64,000 bases of DNA from Chiloscyllium plagiosum (lineage: Eukaryota): assembly GCF_004010195.1 (NCBI RefSeq), contig NC_057720.1, forward strand, positions 30,041,829 to 30,105,828. The letters are read 5' to 3'. The notes beneath the pieces were generated by a model. The model had not been told where the DNA came from. It worked only from the letters and a program-made list of their open reading frames with translations, and did no database searches. Each line of letters begins with the position of its first letter. The first letter of the stretch is position 1. Below are positions 51,394 to 64,000 of the stretch, one piece after another. The translations under genes and the position numbers were made by a program.

Positions 51394-52704
51394 AGTTCTT
51401 TTGGAGGTGGATAGGTTAAGATGCTGAGATGAAAACAAAAGATAAGTGGGGCTATTATTGACGTGTTCCTAAACCCTACCACCTAAATTTAACTTAATTC
51501 AGGTACATAAGACTTCAGAGATCAGGAATCTTATTAAATTGTAAATGTCGCCATATGATGCCATTATATCTATCACTGATTAAGAGCTGCATGATCTCGG
51601 ACTTACCTACAGAAGCCAGTAACTTCATGGCCATTAGAAGGCCCAGGCAAGCTTATGTGTTGCTTCTCTTGCACTTACAGGAATATATTGGGATATAATC
51701 CCAGTCCAACACCGGCATCTCCGAATCAGGAATATATTGGACATGCTCAGTCTCTGTGACCCCCAAAAGGGTGACAATTTTTGCTGATCCTTTTGGATCT
51801 CACCTCCTCACCTCCTCATCCACACCACCCTCAATTTTCCACTCCTAACTGCAGATGTTTGCATCACTTCCATGTGGTTCAGGCAGGAGTGAGTGTCAAA
51901 GAGTACAGTTCAGAGGTTCAACTCTCCCTGACCATCTGCCAAATATTCTGAATGAAGCCATTTTGCAAATTAATCCTTTCACGCCCTCCATCAATGGATA
52001 CTAGGCCAGAAGACTCACAGATGATGAACTTTTAAAAACCAAATTGCTCTATTTAGATCAAAAGAAATGTCCACAGCATCTTCAATTTTCAAAGCATTGT
52101 CCTGAGAAATTTTCATTAAATTTATTTTTCTCTGTTATAAATATTGATGTTATTAGTTATGATGCCTCAGTACAAAGAAAGTATAGGTGTCCAAGATCTA
52201 AAGAAATAATGCCGACAGCCATTTATTCTTCAAAAGTCATTAATTGTTGACCCTGCCTTCTCTATTCACAGAAGTTGATTGATCTACTCACAAACATGTT
52301 CTAATTTTAGATTGCTAGAGGAAAGCAATTGCTATGACTATGGTTTATGCAGCTGAAGACATGAACACCAATGGTGGGAAGTAGGAAGAGGTTTGATGCA
52401 AAAGTGGTCAGAATTGGAGGAGTGCAGAATTTTCTAGTGTGTTGTCAGGTTGCTACAGGGAGACCTACCAAGACAGCATGTGGTTAAATTCAAAACACAG
52501 TGCCTTCAAATAATGCTTTATGTCTCCAATCTGTGGTACCATAATTTACAAATGTACAAACAGTAATAGACCATTCATCTCCTCAAACTTGCTCCACTAT
52601 TCAATAAGATGATGGCTGATCTGTTTGTAACCTCAAATTTGCAATTCCACCTACCCTTGATAACCCTTTTGTCCCTTGCTTAGCAAGAACCTCTCCACCT
52701 CTGC

Positions 52705-53222
52705 CATACTTCCTATCGGAAAGATGTTGTGAAACTTGAAAGGGTTCAGAAAAGATTTACAAGGATGTTGCCAAGGTTGGAGGATTTGAGCTATAGGGAG
52801 ATGCTGAACAGGCTGGGGTTGTTTTCCCTGGACCGTCAGAGGCTGAGGGGTGACCTTATAGAGGTTTGCAAAATTATGAGGGTCATGGATAGGATAAATA
52901 GACAAAGTCTTTTCCCTGGGGTCAGGGAGTCCAGAGGACATAGGTTTAGGGTGAGAGGGGAAAGATATAAAAGAGACTTAAGGAGCAACTTTTTCACACA
53001 GAGGGTGGTACGTGTATGGAATGAGCTGCCAGAGGAAGTGGTGGAGGTTGCTACAATTGCAACATTTAAAAGGCATTTGGATGGGTATATGAATAGGAAG
53101 GGTTTGGAGGGATATGGACCGGGTGCTGGCAGGTGGGACTGGATTGGGTTGGGATATCTGGTCGGCATGGATGAGTTGGACCGAAGGGTCTGTTTCCATG
53201 CTGTCTCTATGACTCTATGACT
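52705..53222 (+). mobile_element. Young CR1 3' fragment inserted into an older minus-strand CR1 (~52560-53880)
   Basis: Open 163-aa ORF2 C-terminus KLERVQKRFTRMLP...LDGYMNRKGLEGYG. Tail ctctatgactctatga. Confidence 0.9.
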
Positions 53223-54066
53223 GCTTCCACAATCTTTTCAGGAAGAGAACACCAAAGCCACACAGCCCTTGAAGAGAAAAAAGTCATGTCATTCAGTTTT
53301 AAATGAGCAAGCCCTGATTTTTACAATTGTGATCTCTAATACTACATTCTTGCATATAAGAGGAAACATTTTCTCCTCACCTCCCAAGATTTCAAATGTG
53401 TCAATCAAGTCTCATCTTAGTTTTCTAAACTCTAGCAGATATTAGACTCACCTGTCCAACCTTTGCTCATACCAAAATGCACTTATTCTAGGTATTAGTC
53501 CAGTAACCCTTCTCTGAACCATTTCCAATGCATTTACATCTTTCCTTAAATTAAGTGACCAATACTATGCTGAGTACTTCAAATGTGGTTTTGCCAGCGC
53601 CCTATATAACTAAAATGTAACCCCATGATTTTGTAATCAATTTCCCTCATAATAAATTATTACATTTTCTTAGCTTTCCTAACTATTTGCCGTCCCTATA
53701 TACTGACCTTTTATAATTTATGCAGAGACATCCATATCCATCTGCATTTTAGAGTTCTGTAACTTTTCACCATTTAGATAATATACTTATTTTATTCTTC
53801 CTGCTAAAATAGACATTTTCACATTTTTCCACATTATATCCCATTTGTCAAATCTTTTCCCAGTCACTTAATCAAAATTCTGTTTTGGTTGTTAAATGTT
53901 TTTGAAGTTTACTTGTACAGTTTGTTCTTCAGAGAATGTTATCTTCTCAAACTTATTCTGCAATATGATTTATGAATGATCAGCTTTAGCCACGAAAGAG
54001 ATAACCATCATTTTTATTAAAATATATAAAAATACTTTTCATTCCTTTTTATAATTCATTACTCAC

Positions 54067-54110
54067 CTTATTCTAGTCATTGCTTTGAAACTAGCAGCAA
54101 TTCTCGGACT
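54067..54110 (-). CDS. FAAH-like copy A, exon 11
   Basis: tcctag|SPRIAASFKAMTRI(R)|gtgagt. 44 nt, phase 0 to 2. Confidence 0.85.
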
Positions 54111-56020
54111 CTAGGAAATAAGAATTATGAAAGGACACAATCATGAATGTCATCAGCATTACAGGAAAGATATTGATATGCTCACTGTCATTCTTAATCA
54201 GTCAAAGTTAGTACCCACTAGGTACTTTCAGTCTAACAATACAGTTTGCATTGCGAGCGGGGTCTGAGCAAAATGTTCAAGAAGAAGAATACAGTGGCGA
54301 GGGAAACAGTCTGTGTTCCAGACTAGTCATTTATTGATGGGTTCAGTGTGCTAATGAACCAATCATTTGAATTAAGACTCTTGCAGTTTTGGGAAAGGGG
54401 TTTGGAGCAGAATCCCAGGGGTGACTCTGTGCCAAGAAGGACTCTCTGGAGGAAGTAGGTTTCCCAAGTAAAGCAAGGGTGCTGTCTAAAGGGTGGATTC
54501 TGTTGATCCGCCTCTGAATAGTGTCTTGGGAGGTGTGAGAATTAAAGGAGACAAATTGTACATGGACTGCTGTGCTGATCACTGCATAATAGTAGAAGAT
54601 TGTACTGTCAGAGACAGCTCGAGTTAGTCACCATCTAGAACACCAAACATACAAAACTTGGAATGTGAATCCAATATAAGTGTGCTCTTTACTAGCTTCA
54701 GCTGACTAAGCAAACTGTCTACAATGAACCCTTTCATGCTGCATGTGGTCTCTGGTGTTGAGTGAATTCATGTAGTCATTCCATTCATCCAGTGAATTAC
54801 TTGTGCAAAGTTACAGGGCACAATCACGACCTTTTAGATAATTGAAAGTTATCTCAGCACAACAGCCACCGATCCTGAGAGATGGATCTCTGAGAATGGG
54901 CAGCCATGGGCAGGTCTTGACTGGAGAAAGCCGAGCTAATCTGGCCAACAATTGAATAAAAGGTAATTATTTAGGAAACCAAACAACCAAAGTAATGTCA
55001 TGATAGTGTACTATATCTGCTGGTTTTGGAATGTAAATCATTGGATGTAAAACTATTTAGACAGCTCAGTCTCACTACAAGTAAAGGAAGACAATATTCA
55101 TAAGTTGTCGGAGAGAGAGAGCGAGACCAGCTTTTGTAATTGATTTTGTCTTTTCTATCTCTGCACTAACTTATAGCTGTTGAACAATATGCATGGGCTT
55201 TCATCAAGTGTTGATCATCTGCTTTAAAAATATCAAAGGGTAGTGTGTGGTGTTGGGCCTAAAAATGATAATTTTCAAACCAGACCATTAATGGTTAATT
55301 GTTAAGGGTTAATTGGACATGACAATGAGCAATTAAAATAAAGTGGAAAAGTACATGAACAACAGGCCTAATGCAAAAACAGCCTTTAACCACGTGACAT
55401 TGAATTTTCTGTGACAATTGACACTAACAACTATCGTTCTGTGCCATCACATGTGGCTTGCTTCTTAACCTTTTCTGAGGGTTGGAAAAGTACCACAGTT
55501 ATTACAAAATGGAAATTCAGCACATAATCTTAGATTAAGAATAGTATTAATATCAGGGATTTTGTCCCACTCATTGGACTTTATACTATCAGTTTGGGGT
55601 TCATGAGACTGTTGCTGTGGAACCTGGGAGAGTTCTGTGTGCCACTGTCACCAAAGTCCCTAAGGGATAGAAGGCAATGTGAGACTCACTTGTTTACATA
55701 TGTATGTATATTTATGTAGTTTATGCTAACAGATTTATTCATTAGTTTGCATGCATCTCTAATGTATGTCAAGAGGATTAAGCTTATAATTTGCTTCACA
55801 CTGAAGTGTATTTATCTCCTTACTTTTATTTCCTTAAAAAAACCATTACCTGTAGATACTTTCAGTAACAGTGCTCTTTTTATATCTTCTAATTTCAACA
55901 ATGGTATTGTTTGAGACCAACCAAACATTCCAATGCAGTGATTGTCAAGACATACATTTCTAATGCCTTATTTGTTTTCCCCTCAGCCAAATCCATTTGT
56001 GAGCAAACGTTTGTACTTAC

Positions 56021-56120
56021 AAAAGGCTTCAGAATGTAATACAAGAACTTTTTCATTGCTTCAGGCACAGAACATATGGATATCTGAAACTTCATACTGG
56101 GATCTATGACATCTCCTTTA
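56021..56120 (-). CDS. FAAH-like copy A, exon 10
   Basis: ttctag|(L)KGDVIDPSMKFQISICSVPEAMKKFLYYILKPF|gtaagt. 100 nt. Confidence 0.92.
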
Positions 56121-57017
56121 CTAGAAAATCCAAGCAAGTTTAAGTAGAATTAATTGCGTTCATTTTATATATTCTTTGTAAAAATAAAATCTATCACTGC
56201 TAAGAAAATTTGTATTTATTAAAACATGAAACCTCAACTTTAGAAAGAAACTGACAAATTACAACAATCCTAAAGATGGATCTATGAATGAGGGATTACT
56301 GCTTTATGATGACTGCATAACTGTTCTGCTTTAATTAGATGATATGTCTGCATATTTATTATGTTTTAGGAGTCAATCATTAAATTGGTGACCTATTTTT
56401 CTGTTATCCCTGTAAACCATTAGACATAGGAGCAGAGATTAGAACACTCAGCCCATTGAGTCTGCTCTGTCATTCAATCATAGCTGATCAGTTGCTCAAC
56501 TCCATTTTTTTCTCCCCATAACCCTTGATCCACTTGACAATCACAAACCTATCTATCTCTGTCTTAACTATATTCAATGACCTGGCCTTCACAGCATTCT
56601 GTGGCAGTAAATGCCATCGATTCACCACTCTCTGGCTGAAGAAATTTCTCCTTCTCTCCATTCCAAAAGATCTTCCCTTTACTCCAAAGCTGTGCCCTCA
56701 GGTCTTAGTCTCTCTCTGTTCAAGTACAAGTGAAATTTTAACAACCAGGTGAGTCTTCACTGAACTCCCGAGAGCAGTTGAGAGTGACTCTCTCGACGTC
56801 AAGGCTGCATTTGACAGAATGCGGCATCAAAAGGCATTCTCTAATATGTGTGACAAACAAATACTGCATTTATAGTGGGTTTAGGAATGAGCGTACTATA
56901 ATTTACACTTACACATGCAGTATTCAATTAGCTGTAATGAAGGAAAATCCAAAGCATATAAAATAAATTATTTTTGCTTTGACTAATTTAGATATTTCTG
57001 AAGGAAGAAGTGAATAT

Positions 57018-57318
57018 AGATTAGATTCCCTACAGCGTGGAAACAGGGACTTCGGCCTAACAAGTCCACACCGACCCTCCAAAGAGTAACCCACCCAGAC
57101 TCATTTCCCTCTGACAACATGGGCAATTTAGAATGGCCAATTCACCTGACCGGCTCATCTTTGGACTGTGGGAGGAACCAGAGAACCCAAAGGAAACCCA
57201 CGCAGACACTGGGAGAATGTGCAAATTCCACACAGACAGTCACCCAAAGCTGGAATCGAACCGGGGTCCTTGGTGCTGTAAGGCAGCAGTACCAACCACT
57301 GAGCCACCGTGCCACCCA
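57018..57318 (-). mobile_element. V-SINE (HE1-type)
   Basis: Reverse complement of the family sequence. Confidence 0.88.
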
Positions 57319-59320
57319 ATTGGACATGATTTATTCTAATGAAACGTATTTCAACTCAAAACTTTAGCTGTTTGCCTTTTAACAGATGCTGTCAGACCTG
57401 CTGTATTTTTCCAGCAATCTCTGATTTTGTTTCAGATTTCCAGCATCCACAGTTCTTTGTGTTTATTTAAGATTTATTCCCTGGTGGCCTGGAGTCACAA
57501 TATCCATTTCTAAGAAAGCTGATTTATTTTTCCATACGTCACATTTTATGGAATTTCATAGTTTATTGTAGTTTTGCTTTAAAGACAATGTATTCTCAAA
57601 ACATTACAGTTCTTTTTGATATTAAGAATATTACTTCATATGCTAATTATCTCAAGTTTTGTTTCATTGAAAGGCATACACTGTGAACTTTAGATAATGC
57701 AATTTTTTTGAATTCTGTATCAATATAAGTAAAAGCATGATTCCTACACAAAAACTGAAGGATATTCTGAAACATCAGGGTACTGACTTTAACATTTATC
57801 TAGTATCACATTTATCTAGTATCACATTGTATATCCTTTGTACAACAATCACAGAAATATTTGGAACACTTCAAGTCCATTCTTTACACTGTCATTCATA
57901 AATGTAATTGATGAAGATGAGAAATATGATATGGACAGTAGCCATCTTTCTCCTCTTCTGGATGAGAAAAGTTCAGGAGCATGCCATACATGCCCTTAAC
58001 AAAGCCAACTACTTATAACACCTTCTGATAAGGAAACTTCGCAGGAGCATTAAATAAAATATCACAGGAGATCTTTAATAGGGCAGGTGACCAAAATCTT
58101 GGACAAAAAGGTAGTTACTAAGAGGACTTGAGGAGTGTCAGGTCATAAGATATATAGGAGCAGAATTAGGCCATTCAGCCCATTGAGTCAGCTCTGCCAT
58201 TCAATCATGGCTGATATGTTTCTCAACCCCCTTCTCTCCATAAGTCTTGATACCTTTATTAATCAAAAATCAGCCATGATCATTTTGAATGGTGGAGCAG
58301 GCTTAAGAGCTTAACTGTATACTCCTTTTCCATTTCTTATGGTCTTTTGGTGTTTTGAATGTGGTAGAATGTTTTCCTCATCTTTTGCTCACAGGGTTAT
58401 TTGAGCTCTGATTATTCAGTAAATAGAAACTTTTCCTGTTATTAAGATATCTGTTTAAAAGAATGCGCGGGGATCTCCGAGAAATGTATAAAACTCTAAC
58501 AGGATTAGATAGGAAGGATGTTCTGAGTGACATGGAGTCCAGAATCAGGGGTCACAATCTAAGAACAAGAGTTAGGCATTTATGATAGAGATAAGAAGAC
58601 ATTTCTTCACCCAGAGAAAGGTAAGCCTCAAAGTGGCTGAGGCAAAAACATTTAATGTTTCCAAGAAGGAGATAGATATATTTCTTAGGGCTAAAGGGAT
58701 CAAAAAAAGTTGGAACAGTGTACTGCGTTACATGACCAGCCTTGATCGTATTGAATGGTGCATCAAGCTCAAAAGGCCAATTGGCTTACTCCTGCTTCTA
58801 TATTCTATATTTGGTGCATTAACTGTGTAACAACACTGACTGTCTCTGCACAGAACCTGACTAAAAGGTTTCTGTGATTTCTCTTCCATTTTAATCACAT
58901 CTGCCCTCTACATTTGATTTTAGTATCCCTCGTGTCCCAAATTTGAATAAAAGACAGTCCGAGACTTTTGTGCCTCAACCATTGTGTAGCATCCAAAGAA
59001 CAGATACACCCACCCCTGTATCTCATTTAAAATTCCTTTCCTTGCCTATTTATCTGAATTCATCTTGTGTATCTTTTTATCAGTTCATTTGTGGGATGTG
59101 GACATCACTGGCTGGGCCAGCATTTATTGCCCATTCCTAGGTGCTCTTGAGAAGGTGGTGGTGAGCTACCTTCTTGAATCACTGCAGTCCACCTGCATTT
59201 TCTGCAAAGTCCGTGGAGCCAAATACCTGCTATGGGTCTGCTTTAACCGTCAAGAAGAATCCATCTTTCTCCTTAGTATCCTCTAATGTCTTTAGGCTTT
59301 TAGACTATACAAATAGGCAT

Positions 59321-59520
59321 GGAGAAAGTGAGGACAGCAAATGCCGGAGAGTCAGTGTCAAAAAGGGTGGCGCTGGAAAAGCACAGCAGGTCAGGCACCC
59401 ATTCGGAGAGCAGGAGAGTCCATTTTTCGGGCATAAGCCAGATGAAGGGCTTATGTCCAAAATGTCAATTGTCCCTGGATTCTGCTTGACCTGCAGTGCT
59501 TTTCCAGCACCACCTTTTAT
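59321..59520. mobile_element. Same short element family, head-to-head arrangement
   Basis: Arm ggtggcgctggaaaagcacagcaggtcaggca...tttcgggcataagcc, then cagatgaagggcttatgtccaaaatgtc (59439-59466) and the complementary arm. Confidence 0.75.
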
Positions 59521-60844
59521 AACTATGTAAGGATCTATGTCATAGAGACACCAAATAACAATGAATTGGACCCCAAATCTCTAAGGTTCCAAAGATGTCT
59601 GCTCTTACAGTACCTTAAATATAGCTGTGTGCAGGAAAACTTGTTAATATTCTCTCCCTGGATGTAAACTTGATTTTACGAAAGAGTAGCTGCAGTGACC
59701 AGACCCATAGAAATGGAGGCAAGCAGCAAAGAGCACTTGCAGTGAAATTCAGTCGCTGGACAACAGTCCAGCAATCTGATCACAGATATGGGGAAGAAAA
59801 TCTGCAGTGAAACCAAATAGTAACAGAGAGAAGGAGGTGAGAGACTCAGAGACTCACTTAGGTTGGCATCACAGAGAGGAAAAGCCCATTCAGCACTGAT
59901 AAAGCATAGAAAAACATTACAGCAGGGAATGTTTAAAACTGCAAGAAAATCACATGGTCACAGATCTAAAGTGGTTCAGATCTTTATGGATTAGAGGCCT
60001 TTACAGGAAAGGGGAGGAATAGGGCATTCAGAAAGTTAATCAGGAGAAAGTCAGCAAAGAAGAAGGGCCCAATCGATTTGTTTAGGAGATCCTAAAGGAA
60101 GATAAGCCCAATCAGTATTACAAAGGGTCATGGGTGCTGACAGAAACCAGTTCAGAGTTGTGTCAGGAATGTAACAACAGTCCACAGCAATGTGTGTATG
60201 TGTAAGTGCACCTACATGTGCCCCTGTGTACGTGTGTGTGTCTTTCAAATACCATTTTGATGAATAAGTAATAGTGGTGCACAAAAAATAATTCCAATTT
60301 TGCATCCATGGAATATTGGGTAATTTTTCCACCCAGAGAGGCAATAGCATGTACAGGACTGAGGGCAAGGTTAAAGGTCCAGCAAAATACAAAATGCCTG
60401 TCCAACTCATCCCATCATCTTATCAAAGAAGCCAAAATATATACGTTTCCATTGTTTAGTTTTAGCACATGCAGCTGGCAGGCTGATTTGATTTTCTGTG
60501 AAATCTTGCCAGCTATAAGTGAAGTGCTCAGTTTTTTTTTGTGAGTGTTGGACATTTTTCCTGATTGAAATTTAAACAACGAATATTTATGATACTGTCA
60601 TTTGGATTGGATGGGAGGAATTAATTCTGAGTGAATGATGGAGTTAAAAATTAAAGTCCATATATAAAATGAAATACAAATCACAGTCAAAGTGTTTTAT
60701 CTGTATACTTTGAGGACTGAAAAGACCATATTCGTTATAAATCTTTTCGGACTCCATTTTAGGAAGTTTTACTTACAAAATACAATAAAAGCAGATAATG
60801 GTTTCATGTCAGGTGGCAAATTAAAATCCTTTGAGCTTACGTAC

Positions 60845-60942
60845 AGGCTTTCCATAAGCGTAACACACTTGTCTGCAAGAAGTCCCGGAAAAACTAGTTC
60901 ATTCATAGCATTGTACACGTTTGGTGGTGTGAATGATACCAA
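60845..60942 (-). CDS. FAAH-like copy A, exon 9
   Basis: ttctag|LVSFTPPNVYNAMNELVFPGLLADKCVTLMES(L)|gtacgt. 98 nt. Confidence 0.9.
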
Positions 60943-61399
60943 CTAGAAATAGAGAGAAACAAAGAGTTAATCATTTGGTTTATTGAACGAAGGGTCCTGT
61001 CTGACAAGGGAGCAGACATAAACAGTCTTCTTATCCAATAATTAATCTAATTTTACCTCATCCTGACATTTGTAATATAGATATGAAAGTGCGTAGGGAA
61101 ATCCATGCTCAGCAAGAGAAACTTGAAGGGCAGTAGAATGGATACACTTAAGGGAAAACTAGATAAATACATAAGGGAGAGAGGAGTAGAAGAATATACT
61201 GATAGGTGTTAAATGAAGAGAGGTGAAAGGAGGCTCAGTTGTAGCATATATTTTGGCACAGGTCAGTTGAGACAATGGACTGTTTCTGTGCAGGAATTCT
61301 TGGTAAGATGAATTAGATTGCACCTCTCCCTTAAAACTATTGCAGGCATTTTTCAAACCTTTCTATAGTGATCACTAAAAGTTATTGACACAGTTGCTA

Positions 61400-61930
61400 G
61401 TGTTTGCTATAACTATTGGCATAGATCCACAAGGATTCTTACCAATTTTTATAGATGCATCATAGAAAGCATGCGATGCAGATGCATCACAGTTTATAAT
61501 TGCAACTAGTCTGCCAAGACCACAAGAAATTCCTAAGCGTTGTGAATGCAGCTCAGTCTATCATGAAAACTAGCTCTCCTTCTTTTGACTCTAACTACAC
61601 TTCCCTCTGACTCAGAAAAGCAGCCAACGTAATCAAAGGCTCCTCCTTCCCCAATTATATTCTCTTCCACCTTCTTCCATCAGGCAGAAGATCCAAAAGT
61701 TTGAAAATTTGTACCAACAGATAAAAGAACAGCTTCTTCCCAGCTGTTATCAGACTTATGAATGGACCTCTCATATATTGGAGTTGATGGTTCTCTGCAA
61801 CTTCTCTGTAACACTATATTTTGCATTCTGTTCTATTACCCTGATGTATTTATGTGAGGTATGATTTGTCTAGTTAGCATGTAATACAATACTTTTCAAT
61901 GTAGCTTGGTACATGGGACAATAATAAATC
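61400..61930 (+). mobile_element. Rex1/Babar-type LINE 3' fragment
   Basis: LTNFYRCIIES...CIT...QDHKKFLSVVNAAQSI and ...KNSFFPAVIRLMN. A related tail piece lies at ~28620-28820. Confidence 0.7.
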
Positions 61931-63239
61931 AAACGAAAAGAGCAGGTCAGAAGCTAGGAATCTTGTAGTGAATAACTCACCTCCTGACTTCTCGATACCT
62001 GTCCATCCTCTGCAAAGCACAAGTCAGGAGTGTGATGGAATACTCCCCACTAGCTTGAATGAGGGCAGCTCCAACAACTCTTAAGAATATTGACTCTTTC
62101 CAGGACAAAACAACTCACTTGACTGGCATCCCATTCACAAATATTCACTTCCTCCACCACTGACACTCAGTAGTAGCAGCAGCAGTATTTATTATCTCCA
62201 AGATGCAATACAGAAATTCACCAAGGCTCCTCAGGCAACACCTTCCAAGCCCAGCACCACCTCCATCTAGAAGGACAAGGACAGCAGAAACATGGGAACA
62301 TCATTGCCTGCAACCTCTACTCCAAGCCATCATTCTGACTTGGAAATATAATGGTGTTCCCTAAGTGTCACTGGGTCAAAATTCTGGAACACCCGCCCTA
62401 ACAGCTTTGAGGGTCTACCAACACAAATGCACTGCAGCCGTTCAAAAAGGCAGCTTACCACCACTTTCTCAAGGGCATCTTGGAATGCACAATAAATGAT
62501 TAAACAAATACACTTCTTTCCAATCTTCTACACCTTCAACATTCCCTGCACCCATGTAATGTCCACAGAGAAAATATTAGCTTAGTACGGAAAAATGTAC
62601 TTAGGAGAACTCTTCTCTGACCCAGTTGAGGAAATCAAAACGAATCCTGAAGATCAAATGAACCAAATAACTGAACCAGTCAGGAACCAGTCCAATTCCT
62701 TTTTGATTATGTGCAGAAACTGGTGTGAGAGAGTGGGGGATCAGTTCTCTCAAGAAAACTAGTTTACTAGAATCTTTCAATGGAATAATTTGAATATTGG
62801 GTGTACCCAAATGGATATTGCCTACGTGGATTTTCAGAAAGAATCTGATGACCTGATATATGCTTACCATTTAAAACAGAATACCGTGAAATCTGAGGGA
62901 CTGTTATCAGTGATGGTGGGTCTACCTGGAGACCTGCAGCCAGTGGAGCCCCACAGTTCCTTTCCTGTCTGTCATTTTCAAATCTCTGTATGTTGCCTCA
63001 CATGCCATTCAAAACTAGGAACTCACTAAATGGCCCAATCCTGAAAATTATTTATTTTCATGCCTTCCCAAATTGTGTTTCCAGTGTCTGTGTTGGGTGT
63101 TTGGATAAGGGGGCAGGGAAGTAAGATTAATTAAAAACAAATCATTGCTTAGTCCATTCAATCTTTCTTGACCATCCCTCCTCACCCTCCCTCTACCTCC
63201 AGGAATTTCTCCATTCTCTTTGAGGATTAGTAAGCACAC

Positions 63240-63365
63240 CGTGTGTCCAGCTTTTTCCAGTAGTTCTTTGGTTTCCAGGACGGCTCGCTTCATGCTCGGG
63301 GTCGGGATCCAATACTCATCATTTTCAAAATAACCTATCCTCAATCGTTTCGTGTTGGTGTACAT
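63240..63365 (-). CDS. FAAH-like amidase, upstream copy (A), exon 8 (exons 1-7 beyond the right edge)
   Basis: tttcag|MYTNTKRLRIGYFENDEYWIPTPSMKRAVLETKELLEKAGHT|gtgtgc. 126 nt. Confidence 0.95.
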
Positions 63366-63440
63366 CTGAAAAAAAGTTTTAAATTCAAAAAATGTAATGT
63401 AACTTTTTTTTTTGCAAAACATGTCCTCAATATCGAAACT

Positions 63441-63640
63441 TGTCAAGAGTGTGGTGCTGAAAAAGCACAGTCAGTCAGATAGCACCCGAGGAGCAGGAGC
63501 AGGAGCAGGATTCCTGATGAAGGGCTTATGCCAGAAACGTCGATTCTCCTGTCCTCGGATGCTGCCTGAACAACTGTGCTTTTCCAGCACCACACCCTGG
63601 ACTCTGATCTCCAACATCTGCAGTCCCCACTTTCTCCTCC
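63441..63640 (+). mobile_element. Short hammerhead-core element with inverted arms
   Basis: Core CTGATGA-A-GGGC-TTAT-GCCA-GAAAC-GTC at 63514-63541. Imperfect flanking duplication AATATCGAAAC/AATACTGAAAC. Confidence 0.8.
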
Positions 63641-64000
63641 TTAATACTGAAACAGTCAACATTTTCACAACTGGCAAGTAACATACAGAGGGATGTGGAG
63701 CACTGTGACAAGATTACCCATGGAACAATGCATGGAGCATGGAACTCTGACATTGCACCTCATCGTATTGAAAGCGCCACCAGTCATGTTGCAAAGGACT
63801 TTGCAAATTTCTGCATGAGTACTGAATCCTTCTTCAGCTAGCTTCACGTCAATAATGAAAGGAATCTTTCCATACAAGATAGCCGTACCCTATACTTACA
63901 GTTGAAGTTGAGAGGGGATGAGTTCAGTGTCCCTATGCAGCCTCTTAGGAATCACATTTTGCTTTATGCTTTCTAGCCCACATCAGCCACAAATCATTGC

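Noticed and set aside
63893..64000. GTAAGT donor on the minus strand as a possible exon 7 of copy A
   Set aside because: The upstream sequence does not encode GPMAR or DPTVPP in any frame I read.
1..64000. CRISPR arrays, operons or other prokaryotic systems
   Set aside because: The sequence is spliceosomal-intron-containing vertebrate DNA. There are no regularly spaced repeat-spacer arrays, and the recurring short ORFs are SINE/LINE translations.

Overview
Eukaryotic, AT-rich, repeat-dense DNA. The V-SINE/HE1-type SINEs, CR1 LINEs and Penelope-like elements point to a cartilaginous fish, probably a shark (inference). The minus strand carries two head-to-tail FAAH-like (amidase-signature, FAAH1/VDHAP-type) genes. 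Exons 8-15 of an upstream copy lie at 63365-43329 and exons 1-7 of a downstream copy at 36542-5990. I traced all 15 exons by hand: all splice sites are GT-AG, phases are compatible, there are no stops, and the Lys-Ser-Ser catalytic triad is intact in the downstream copy. Introns and the spacer hold a near full-length CR1 LINE, many CR1 3' fragments, an older CR1/Jockey-group LINE, RTE and Rex1 fragments, about 11 V-SINEs, Deu-type SINEs, a solo LTR and Penelope fragments. The most notable non-coding signal is a family of 75-200 bp insertions (8 copies, 4 with clear 11-12 bp target-site duplications). Each carries an intact or decayed minimal hammerhead-ribozyme core (CUGAUGA-stem-GAAAC-GUC), often between inverted arms. 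A related core sits at the 3' end of the GIY-YIG Penelope element in the same window. Repeat boundaries are approximate, and human FAAH comparisons are from memory, not from a run alignment.
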